From assembly GCA_904063045.1 (NCBI GenBank), contig CAJFCJ010000001.1, positions 1,860,001 to 1,924,000 of the forward strand: a DNA stretch of 64,000 bases, in the 5' to 3' direction. The position numbers were made by a program, and so were the translations under genes. The DNA is from Dimorphilus gyrociliatus (Eukaryota > Animalia > Annelida). The notes under the pieces are model-generated. The model did no database searches. It saw nothing but the letters and a program-made list of their open reading frames with translations, and had not been told where the DNA came from. Positions 11,768 through 24,465 of this stretch are shown here, one piece after another; position 1 is the stretch's first letter; each line of letters starts with the position of its first letter.

Positions 11768-13066
11768 ATGTTCGATTTAACGGATAGTGAAATACGGCAA
11801 TACTTTCATGCTTTTTACGTAAGTAATCGATCAAGAATTATTGAACCAGCCAGTCTATCTAATAGACGGAGAGATTGCTTAAGATTAAAAACTATATATA
11901 CTATGTTAATAATTGGCCAGTGTATTATATATATTGTATTGCTGTTCCTTTTTATTAACTTTCTGATATGTTAACAGACCGATCCACTGAAAATGGCTTC
12001 ATCTAATAGGGCTTGTCAAAATGATCTAATACATAAACAATTGAATGCATTTGAGAAATTAGTAAACGCTGCAATAAATTCATTCTCAAAGGAACGACTC
12101 GTTCATTTGTTACGCTTGTTATTAAAGAAAACAGCCCATGTTGGAAGGCAATTGAATTCGCTAAAGTCATTAAGAAAGCACATCGAAGCCCTTGGTGATT
12201 CTCCTGATGATGATAAGATACGTTCTCATATGGACTCATTCTTTCAGGATGTAAGGTACAGCAAGCAACTTAAAGAATATTTCGATGACCGTATATATCT
12301 ACCTCTTAAAACGTATTTTCCTGTTCCTCCAAATGTTCCTAATATGGCCGGAATACAAGAAGATCTGCGTAATGGTGTTGCGTTAAATTTAAGCAAATGT
12401 GCCGAGCAGCTGAAGTTTATTAATAACCAATGGCAAAATCTTTTGGAGTTCGACGAAATACAAGCTTCCTACTTAGATCCAGACACAACTTACGAATTAA
12501 AAGATTTAGGGGATTGTTCTAATTTTGAAAGATTAGCTCGTCTTGTCCCTGATTGTCTAATTAAAGCTTTTAAGTCTCACCAAATCTCCAAGACTTGGTG
12601 GATTCAGGCGGATAAAGTAGTGAAAGAGCGTGTAGCTCTTCAGAATAATGTTAAAAATCTTGAATATCAACTCATCAGGGATGCCGAAGAGATTACTGAG
12701 TTACGAAAAGGGCTTGACGAAGTTGACGAGGAAGAAAAACTTGTTGAGAAGCTTAAGCATGAATTTGACGAATTAGAAAAGCGATGCGAAGTGAATGATG
12801 ACAGCGTTCTATCCTATGAACGCTCTATAATTTGTGAAGATCTCGACTTTCACCTCCGTCTGCTACCCGACATGATTAGACATAGAGGTGCTACTGAGGC
12901 GAAAATATTTGATTTAGAAAGACAAATTGATGACAACAAATATAGAAAAGAATCGGCTCTTGTTCAATTAGAACACATAGAACAGATAGAAAAAGAGAGT
13001 ACAAGAAAGCCTAGTGCTTTGAAAAAACAATCAAAAATTCCCGTTAGAAAATCTGTTCACAATTAA
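11768..13066 (+). CDS. Uncharacterised helical/coiled-coil protein (357-aa main exon, probable 17-codon first exon 11768-11818)
   Basis: Long uninterrupted ORF with a heptad-like, E/K/L-rich C-terminal half. Donor GTAAGT at 11819 and acceptor AG at 11976-11977 join in phase 0. No family recognised. Confidence 0.75.
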
Positions 13067-13927
13067 TCTTTATTAAATTCTCTTATTAAAGTATAATGAA
13101 ATTTGTGAACTTTCGACCAGTTTTCTTGCATTTTCACTCGTTTTAACCAGCTGAAGACTTTAGGCCACATTTCTAAATTGAATCCGCAGCCTTCGGCTTG
13201 AATAATAACGCTGGCTATATAAGAATCTGCTATAGTTAGAGAGTTTCCAGTAACATAGCGACTATTAGACAGATAACCGGTTTCTAAGGCCTCGAGGTGT
13301 CTGCTGGCTTCTCTTAATCCTTTCTCGACCAGTTTTTCATTGGCATCTTCATTAAGTAATGTAAAATCTTCTAATATTTGAGGATAGGCGAATGTAAAAC
13401 CAATTGACCTGTGTAGTTCTACATCAGCCCAACATATTAGGGAATCTGTGAGAGCTCTTGCTGTCGCATCCTCTCCATAACCAGCCCACTTTCCATATGA
13501 TTCGGCCAAATATCGTAAAATAGCTGGCCCTGATACAACTCTGACAGAGCCATCAACTAAGAAAGGAACCTCTCTAACAGTTTCGTCCGATGTGTCAACT
13601 TCGATTATTTCATGATATATATCGTTCTGCGCAAAATAGAAAAAAGTAAATCAATTGTTTTAACGATTCATATATCAAAACCGGGATAATAAATAGCTGC
13701 GTGATAATATACAACTTACAGTTATTAAATACATCCAAACAATCCGGCAGGCAGGATTCAAGCGTAATATATATAATTTAACTGGAGCACTCAAAACCTT
13801 ATTAATAAGGTACGATCGTTTTGGATCATTATCTGGACGGTTCGTTCGACTATTCCAGCATCTAATAAATAATTTATATTATTAGTAATTTAGGTTATTT
13901 CAGATTTAATGTCTTCAATTACCCCAT
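13063..13927 (-). CDS. Glutathione S-transferase theta-like fold protein with N-terminal MGC extension, 3 coding exons
   Basis: VKLYILRLNPACRIVWMY, EVPFLVDG...AILRYLAE and a GST C-terminal domain with YVTGNSLTIADSY..WPKVFSWLKRV. Exon 1 (ATG GG, 13927-13923) joins through a 61-nt intron to give MGCWNSR. Confidence 0.8.
13069..13077. terminator. Overlapping candidate poly(A) signals: AATAAA (minus, 13074-13069) and ATTAAA (plus, 13072-13077)
   Basis: Read directly from ttaatctttattaaa at 13063-13077. Function is inferred. Confidence 0.5.
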
Positions 13928-14051
13928 ATCCTAAGACGCCACAGCAAAACTATATTTGCATAGTGATACAACACTTGTAGACCTTGAGAGAAGAAAAAGC
14001 GATTTACCTATGAATAGTAGAAAATAGAAAAGAGTTAGTAAGTGTTGACAG

Positions 14052-15037
14052 TTATCGATTTCTGGCATACTTAATCGCGAAAGTCTCCTCGAATAAATTC
14101 CGAATGATCGAACTGAAATCACTAACATTCAAGCTATCTGCCGAATTTTGATTGGGTAGGTTGTTAGAGTTTATATTCTTCAGAAAATCCATTACGCTCT
14201 TACGTGCCTTTTGACACTGTTTGGCTATTGTTGTTTTGTCACCATTCGCTAATGATATTAAAAAAATCGATATATTCAGTAAAAAGATTATCAATCCCAA
14301 AGAAATATACCTGAGGCTATTTTTTGAGAGACTAAGTTGCGTAAAATATTATCTCCTTGATGCAGTAAGTTACATTTATTGATTCGACGACTCTCCTCTT
14401 TCAACTTGTTATCTTCATCCGACGTGTCCTTGACAGGATTTTGTAAAGCAATTTCAAGGGTATTAAGAAATTCTTTATCATCGATAACAGCTGATTCTAA
14501 AGAATACTTTTCCCACGAGGAGCTATAGTTTGGCCATTCGAAGTTCTTTGACATTCTTTGTAAAGTCTCCTCCGATACTGGCTTATCTCGATGAAGGTTT
14601 CTTTCTAAGCATATATCTAATTTAGAATTGAGAAAAATCTGCATATATGCTGATCCATACAATTTTGCCAATTGATAATATTCATATCTCATACTTCTAT
14701 AGAATAGGTTATCATCAATGACTACACCTATTTTACGACCAGTTTGTAACACTCCCATAATCTTTTTTATTAGGCTTGAATCAGTATCGAAGATATCATA
14801 ACTACTCATCAAACATCGATGAAAGCATTTATTGACATCATCCCACACTCTCTTCCTTTCTTCTTTCCACTTATTTTGATCAAAACACGCTGGATCAACA
14901 ATATCATCGAATTCAATATGAACAAACTCCAAAGAAGTTTTCTTAAATAAATCACTATCGGTTGAACAAATTTGCCGGGAGAAACTAGTTTTTCCTGAGG
15001 CTGGCAATCCACAAACGCAAATTATAATTGAAATCAT
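14052..15037 (-). CDS. PSTK: L-seryl-tRNA(Sec) kinase, 2 exons (15037-14311, 14248-14052)
   Basis: P-loop CGLPASGKT, VIDDNLFYRSMRYEYYQLAK, CLERNLHR..., NLLHQGDNILRNLVSQ; a 62-nt intron leads to the C-terminal helical exon. Confidence 0.9.
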
Positions 15038-15499
15038 GAAGGAAACTTATAGACCATCACTTGAAATTAATTCCCATGAGAAATTATTTGCTTTTTTACG
15101 GCCCCTCGAGAAAATGAACTACTCTCTTTATCCAATCGAATAGAGCAATCATAATAACTTGTTTCGAATTCTCGAGTGTGCTCAGAACAAAAGGATTACG
15201 CCTTATTTTCTTCCTATATCGTGATATCACCCAACATTAAATGCAGTAGACATCTATTTTATTGAAAGATTGCTTTCAAATTACGATTTTATTTACCCAA
15301 ACCAATTTCAATAGCAGTTTCAATATTCTTTTAAATGTTCAATGTCTTTGTTCTTATTTCAAAAGATTACAATTTCGCAAGTTTCCTAAAAAAATTGACA
15401 CCAGCAAAATAAACTGGTAATGTCAATCAGTATATTTCGCTGAGGATCCTCGTGTTCCTGTTTTGATTATCGAGTTTATAAATTTAAAAAAGCTCCATA

Positions 15500-16839
<1,340 letters not shown>

Positions 16840-17033
16840 ATATCTTTATTGAATAATTGTTATTTTACTAATGAAAATCTTGTATTTCTTTAAAAGAAAT
16901 CTCATTAATTGATTGTGTAAAAAAGAAAAAGAAAGTTCTCTAGTAAGAAAATGAAGAAATTTTAAAAAACAAACAAACAAACAGAATATAAAACATTCCT
17001 TGGAAATTTCAATTAAAAACGAGTCAATCTAAT

Positions 17034-18555
17034 CTATTTAGATGTCCGAATAGCTCTTTCAACTAGCCAAGAAAGGCCTTCAGCTATGCCAGCAAGTGTA
17101 AAAGTATCACAGTTTTGCACTGACCAAGGTTTTCTAAGTTTATGTAATTTTAGCAGTCTAGCTACTTTTATACATGGTATACGCTCTACTTGAACACTAG
17201 GTATACAGGATAAAATTAATACAGGAAATGCAGGCAGAGACCATAAATCGTGCAACATGGCATTTAGCTCTATTTGACCGTTACTGACATCTTGTTCGCA
17301 ACCTTTCGTAGCATCCACCACAAAGATGAAAGCGTCAACATTTCGACAAACTTCACGAATGGCCCTATGTACTTCGTAAACACCTTTTTGTCGTTCTTGG
17401 TTGTCAAACAATCTGTTATTTTTTAACCTTTCTTCATTTTTATTGCCATATTTTTCTCTTTCCATCTTTGATGCTGAGTAGAGAGTTATGAGATTAAAAG
17501 TACAATTTGTCGAGGGACTATTCATCCTCATTGTGAAACCAGAACCGCATCCTTCAAATTGACCGGGGAACATTCCAAGACTTTCGAAAACATCGCGTCT
17601 GTTCAACATTTGTTGGACAATACCGCTGGTAGACGTCTCTAAACCTGGGCCAAACATTGCAATCTTGGGAATCTTTTTGGGTAACATTGACCGAATTATT
17701 GAAGAAAATTTTCGTAGTGAATCATTTTGATTGTTAATTAAGCGACTTGATTCCGGTGAACATCTTAAATAGCTGGTTGGGAAATAAATCAAATAAAGAA
17801 TACATTTATCTGAATCAGGATAAAAGACAGCTTTCCGTAGCTGTTCGACAATTTTAATGGTATTAAATGAAACTGAAAGTAGGCCTCTTACTCTTTATTA
17901 TGACTAAATCAAGGAAGAGTATGCTATATAGCTTATTTATTAAAAAGGATTGTCTAAATAAATACCAGATAAATCAGTATGAAATTAAACTTGATGGCTA
18001 TACACTTATTTCATTATTTTAGCCTGGATTGCGCAATCATATAACCACTTACATTTCTTTAGCAGTTAGCTCTTCATTTCTGGTTGAATTCGTTAATTCT
18101 TCAGCTTCCTGATTATTAGAATATATGTCTGGATGAGTCGAATGCTGAATAGTTTCCCAACTTTCCATATCTCTGAGGAGCATGTTCTTCCATAATATTT
18201 CATCATTACAAAGTCTATTCCAGTTTCTACAACTGGCTGATATGTGACAAACAGTCTTAGCGTCTAGTAGCGAGAAAATGTATAATTGAATCGGAATTGG
18301 CAGATCGTGAAAAGTTGTCGTGAGACTATCATAGCCTTTTCTAGGCTGTTGATAATCGTCATCGATTTCTACTTCCTCTCTGTTTTTATTGAAAAATTGC
18401 TGCAATCCACCCATCATGATTTGTCGTCCACCATCAATTTTTGTCGAATATATATTAAACAACTGTCCAATGCTGGTGGATATAAAACTATTCAATGTTT
18501 CATCAACCTTGTTTCTGAAATTCATAATTGATTGATTATTTACTAAAACCGGCAT
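17034..18555 (-). CDS. FBXO4: F-box only protein 4, 2 exons
   Basis: F-box LPIPIQLYIFSLLD...ILWKNMLLRD, then the small-GTPase-like substrate domain KIAMFGPGLE, VDAFIFVVDA, PVLILSC, PWSVQNC...GLSWL that characterises FBXO4. Confidence 0.88.
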
Positions 18556-19213
18556 AATTTCGCATTTAATATCTTTAAGACGATTGACAAAAATTTAAAA
18601 CTACGAATGCCTAACTTTTCTGCATTATTGGTCATTTTTATATGCTTGATCAGCTTAGTTTACGTTTATTCCTCCAGCGTGTAAATCGAAGGCGCAATAT
18701 CCGGTCTATAGATGACGCTGCAGTCGTTAGCGGGAAAATATTTTGAAAAAAAGAAACAAAGGAATGAATTAACACTCCATCTTGCGTATATAGAATTCAT
18801 AAAATTATGCTATTACATAAATTCTATTTAACGCGTTTTATTTCCATTTAACAGCTTTTGGAAATAGATTAATTAAAGTATAAGTATAGTTTATTTATAA
18901 TAAAGCCCTCTGGCTAAAAGATTTTCACGAATCCATATGTAAATAGATGGTTGCAGCTTGTACAAACAGAAGGCAATTTTTTTCGAATATAATACAAATA
19001 GTGTATACTTTAGTTAGTATACGTTGGAAATTAATTTCTTGCTAAGATCATATTCCGCATGGATATTATTTCCAGAGAAATCCTTCTTCCTCTTGGATGA
19101 TTTAGTTAAAAAAGCAAAATAAACACAAGAATTTTTTTTCATCAGTTAAGTTTATTCTTGCACGGAAATAATAATAATGACAAAAATAACATATTTAAAA
19201 TATATAGAACGGT

Positions 19214-22200
19214 ATGTATAATAATAATAATAAAAAGGATAATTTGATGAGAAAGTTATCGTCTAGTAATAATCGTAAAGGTGATCTTCCTGGTCAGGTT
19301 TATCATAATGAATATTTTGCTCCACTACTAGAGGAACTTGGTCACGAACCTATTTCTCAAAAACATGGTCAAATTAGAATCTATACGAATCTATTAATCC
19401 CGCTAGTTTTGACCTCTATTTTCGTAGGGCTTTTAATCATCGCCTTAGGGAAACTCATTAGAAATCGTTTAAAAAATGATAAAGTGAATTTTTTCTAATA
19501 CTCGACTTATTTACCGATAATAAATGAAGTCATCCTCCGTTTCAGTCTAAAATAAATGTTCTCTATAAGAAATCTGGAAGAACCTATCCGTATATTTTAA
19601 GCTTATATACTGGTTTTATACCAGGAGCTGGAACAAAGATGACTGTGGAAGTTAAATTTAATAGCTTATGGAATGTAACTGATCCAGGTTTTATTTTAAA
19701 CTGCAATCTAAGCGATAAAGAAGTCTTAAAAACTGGTAATGATGATCATTTTTTGATTTTTACCCAAGGTATTCCTTTCCTTTGTTTAATTGAGCTGTGT
19801 AATAAAGAGATTGTACAAAAACTGTAGAAACATTAGGAGCTTTAAAAAGTGTCACTGTAAATTGTAAGTCTTGTGAGAAAGATAGTTGGTATCTATGCTA
19901 CATTCGTATTCACGATATTCTATGCAACCGAATCTTCTATTTTCCATTCCACGGATGGATTATCCCGGAAAATGGAATTAAGACAGTAAACATACCGGTA
20001 TGCTTCGATGAAACTTCTCTGCATATTCGTCGTTTTATCAGATGCTTTTTAGAATATCATATATGGTTGAGATTATTTTTTGGAAAAGAGTCTTATTTAT
20101 CAGCTTTCGGGTGCATAGCCAATACTCTCTTATGCCTTGGTCACACAGTCGCTGCTTTGACAACTTCCGCTTTAGTATATAACTATAGGTTATAATCATA
20201 GAGCTTAGTTCTATGTAATTAAATTATGAGTTTTATTTACAAACGCCCTTAATTAGGTGTAGCAGTCCCGCTTTCTGGTGGTCTTCCGGTAGTAGGGTAA
20301 TTGAGATTTGTTTTTGGTCTTTTATCCCTTGGATTATATTGGTATTTTTCGAAGTCGTTCTGAGAAATGTAAGGTCTAAAAAGGCCTTGTTATCAGAATA
20401 CACTCCAGCTATTGACCTCGCTCACCTCGTTCCCAGCGTTGGGGTTGAAAAGCGAATTTTAGACGGCTCTAAGCAAAAAGTTAATTTTTCGTTTATTTTT
20501 CTTGTTATATTTTATTATTAACAATAGATTCAAATTAGAAATTCGACAAGAAAAACTACGATGAAAATTCTTTATCCAAGAGTCAATCAAAGATCTCTCT
20601 GTGAGTGACTCTTCCCTTTATCCATTTGCGCATTAGCATTTTATAAGACTATATAGTATTTTAAATGGAAAAGCCTGTTTCAGGAAACTCAGCCAAGACT
20701 CACTTGACTACTCGATAGAAAGATTTCAAGGTGATATTATAAATGAAGAACTAGGGGAAAACAAAATTTCGTTACAGAGAAGCGTTGCTTCACAATTTTC
20801 TGAGAACGTACTCTTCAAGGAAGTGATTGATATTAACATTGGCAATGTAGCAGCTGAACAAGTTCCCAATTTCAACCCATATTTACCCATTTCCTCTCCG
20901 AAATTGAATAAAAAGCTTCTTCTTTCTTTTCCTCGTGCAAGCGGAGACGCCGATTCATTAGATGAAAAGAACGCTTTTTCCTTAAGTCACGATCGCCTTG
21001 CTAATAAGATATCGGTGAATTGTCCTGCTAATGAGCTTCCCTTTCGCCTTTCTAACACTATCTATCAGGACAAAACACAGGTTTATTTTAAGATCTTAAA
21101 GCTTTTAGAGTTAAAATACAGACAAAAAGACTAGAATGTGACAAAATCTATATAATCTTACATATATTATATTGATATATTTTCAGATAAATGAATTAAA
21201 TCAAAAGCCTATCGAATTTATCAACGACTTATCAACGAAAATCGTAGAGGATGCCATGAAGGATGACATGGATAGAGATTCATTAGAAGATTTCGAATAC
21301 ATAACGAAACATCCAATAAGCTCATATCTAAGTAATCGGGAATTGAATTTAATGGTTAAATTATCAATTGAAAAAGCATTAGCTTGTAAATCTAATTTAA
21401 AGGGTGAATTCTTAAGGAAGTGTCTGGTAAATAGTAGAATAAATAAGTAAGTTGATATAAATTATTAATGAAATAATACTCTAGAACGGAATGGAAATAA
21501 AGGATAATCATTTCTTATCCGGGCGCTGTACTGATGGATTTTCGGAGAATGTAAAGTTGAATAGTAAATCGAATTTCCATACTGAACAATTCCCAGATAG
21601 AATCGCTATAGATTCGAATCTTGAAGACAATCAGACCACAATTGATGATCAGTACGACCAAAGATTATCAATGACCAACAAGAAGCTAAAGAAAAATGTG
21701 GGCTCAATACAAACACCGTTTAACAAAAAGGTGAGTCCGTTCAAATGGAGTCCTTCGTCGATAATTAAAACGTCTACTCCGTACGAAAATAAAAAGAAAA
21801 GAAAGGTTTTTTTTTAGCATTTAGGTCTTTTAATTAATTAAGAAACGTTTCCTTTTTTTCTTTGATCTTTGAATAAAAAAAAACTAACATTTCTTTCGTT
21901 TTCACTTTTATTTTTGGGAAAATTCTCAAACTATAATCTACGTTAAAAAAATCCATATAATATGACACGGGATAAACAGCTGTCAATTAGAGAGAAAAGT
22001 AGAGGATCACTCAACAAATTCTGTAGTAAAGTACTTGAAAGAACTTTAAAGAAGAACGTCTTGCTAAGAACCAAAATTTCTTTAAATAATCTTAAAGAAA
22101 AATTCGAGGAGAAGTTAAAAAATAGTCATTTTAAGAATATTGATCAAAATATTAATAACAATAATAATATTATCGATAATAATAAGGATAATCATGATAT

Positions 22201-23449
22201 AATTGAAAGGTAAAAGTGATTATTATAAGTATAATGATAAATTAATAAAGTATCTTTTTTCTTTCCCTTGAATTAATTATCATCTATTTATTCAAGGCTG
22301 TCGAAATTGCGGGGAAATGTTATAGAGAATTTACTTATTTTATTAAAGGTAAACAAACAAACAAACAAACAAAAATAGTACTCTCTAGAATTATTCGATT
22401 ATTAATTAATATAAGTAATTAACAGAGACAAAATACTCGATTAGCTTATGGGATTATGTCAAGAATTGAGAAAGGAGATCAAAAGTTGGTTAATCATCTA
22501 ATGTTATTCGTACTTAGAGAAGCCGTTGAAGGATTTCAGGGAACTATAGAAGAGAGTTTAAATCAGTACATATAAAATTAATCCGTGCTAAAATTAATAA
22601 AATTTTTTCCTATCATTTTTTATGCTCTTCTTAGGAAATGGAATTCTAATAACATAGATACAAATGAGGATAATCTATTAAAGTCTCTTATTGAAGAATC
22701 TAATAAACAAATTTATTTATCGATAGTGAAATCAATACCAGCAGTTGTCAAATTTCTAAACAAATCGAATTTGAGAGACGCTTTAAGGACTGATGATAGA
22801 TTTAACCAAGAATATTTGAATACGAATAGAAACGCTTCGACCAAATATATTGATCCTACCCGATCGGAACTATCGACAAGGACTCTTCTAACCGGTGACG
22901 AGAGGGAATACTTATTCGATAAATTTGAGAAAAGAGCGTCAAAAAGCAATAAAATAGTAAACGAACTAAGAAGAATTGTTGGTATGAAACCAAAAAAGAC
23001 GGATGACGAAGAAATTATGAATATTTATGAGAAATATTTCTGCAATCAATGTCCTGATAGAGAGAGATTAGAAGAAGAATTATATAGGTTATAGATCAAC
23101 TTAATAAGAAGAGAGATAAATTCCCATTCTGAAAATAATTTATTAAATCTTAAGTTGATTTATAATTTATGAAAATAGGTTAGAAATGTCGTTAACGGGT
23201 GAATTTAGAAAGATGCTACCTTGGCCTATAGCTTTATATGTCAACTGCTGCATGATGGTTTTATTAGTATTTGCAACAATCTTGACAGTCCTTAGCACGA
23301 GTTCCACGTCGGATAGAGCAGCTTTAGCATTCGTTTCGACTGCCTGCGTCGTCATTTCAGCCTATGTATTCGTTTTTGAAGTTATGAAAGTCTTTATTAT
23401 ATGTGGTGCCAAGAAAAATTATCATGAAACTCCCTCAGGACCTTTCTAA
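19214..23449 (+). CDS. Polycystin-1 (PKD1)-like protein restricted to TM1-PLAT-TM2-TM3-long loop-TM4-TM5
   Basis: Exons 19214-19483, 19546-19768, 19828-20188 and 20257 onward splice in phase. They give TM1, then PLAT (YILSLYTG..GAGT; LGAL; WYLCYIRIHD; YFPFHGWI), then HIW..F, TM2, TM3 (..FEVVLRNVRSK), a low-complexity loop, and a final exon LPWPIA...VFEVMKVF matching PKD1 TM4-5. Middle exon boundaries are uncertain. Confidence 0.7.
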
Positions 23450-24339
23450 GCTAATTAACTGCCTTATTCACTCATAAATCCCAGACTTGTTTTCCTCTTT
23501 ATGGATTTATGACTTGCGTTTCCCATAAATATATTATAAACACTTAACATCTATTGTTTAAAATAATATTTTATTTCAAATTCTACTGAAAGACGCTTTT
23601 ATAGATGGCGTGGTTAGAAATTACAATTTTTTTTTATCATAATGAACTCCAAACTGCAAAATTCTGCAACGGAATTATAAAACTTTATATGGATAAATAA
23701 TATACGCCCCCAATCCTCTCCCTTCAAAGTCTATAACGTCTAATTTTTTCGCTTTATTTCATGGTCGACTAGTAACATTTATAAGCGCAAATAACTTAGG
23801 TTGTATAAGCGTAATTATCCGTTGATATAGGCTTAAAAAGTAGGGAAATGAGAAGGAAAGGAAGGAAAGAACGGATAGGAGGGCATTATACGGTCGATGA
23901 ACGCTTTATCTATATTGTTTAGTAACGGTAGACCGATCGGGACGATGACCATTTCAAAGTAGATTGATTACTAGCGATCCCTGCTAAGAGAATTGTGAAC
24001 AAGTGATCAAAAACAATTAAGATAAGAGGCTATAATTATTGGCCTATTAATTACTTAGTAGTACGACCATTGGGCGGGGTTTGGGAAAAACTAGCAAGAT
24101 GTATAAAGTATATGCGCGAGTCGACAGCGGTAGAGGGAGAGAGTGGCGATAGAGGGAAGAGGGAAGAGCGCATTCGTCTACAAAGCAGTGTCCCAATTAC
24201 ATTAGATACGTGCGGCGTCATAGCAGAGGCAAAAGCGACGAAAGTGACGCTTACCGACGTCGCTGATTAAACATTCGACGGTCTGGTTTGAAGTTTCGGC
24301 GGAAATGACGCTTTCGTCTTCATTCCTTCAACGGTCGCT

Positions 24340-24459
24340 ATGGCGACAAAGAAAGCAATAAGCGCACGAAAAGCGAGAGAAGGGAGAAAAGCGTGTGCGA
24401 GAGAGTTTAGTTGGATATTGATTTTGAAAATGTACAGTCCGAAAGCGAAGCGTCTCTGA
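24340..24459 (+). other. Upstream ORF (39 aa) in the DLG5-like leader
   Basis: gctATGG at 24340, second in-frame ATG at 24430, TGA ending 6 nt before ATG 24466. Confidence 0.35.
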
Positions 24460-24465
24460 CAAACT

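Noticed and set aside
14291-14310. Apparent overlap of ORFs 14291-15037 and 14052-14300
   Set aside because: These are two exons of PSTK read through a 62-nt intron.
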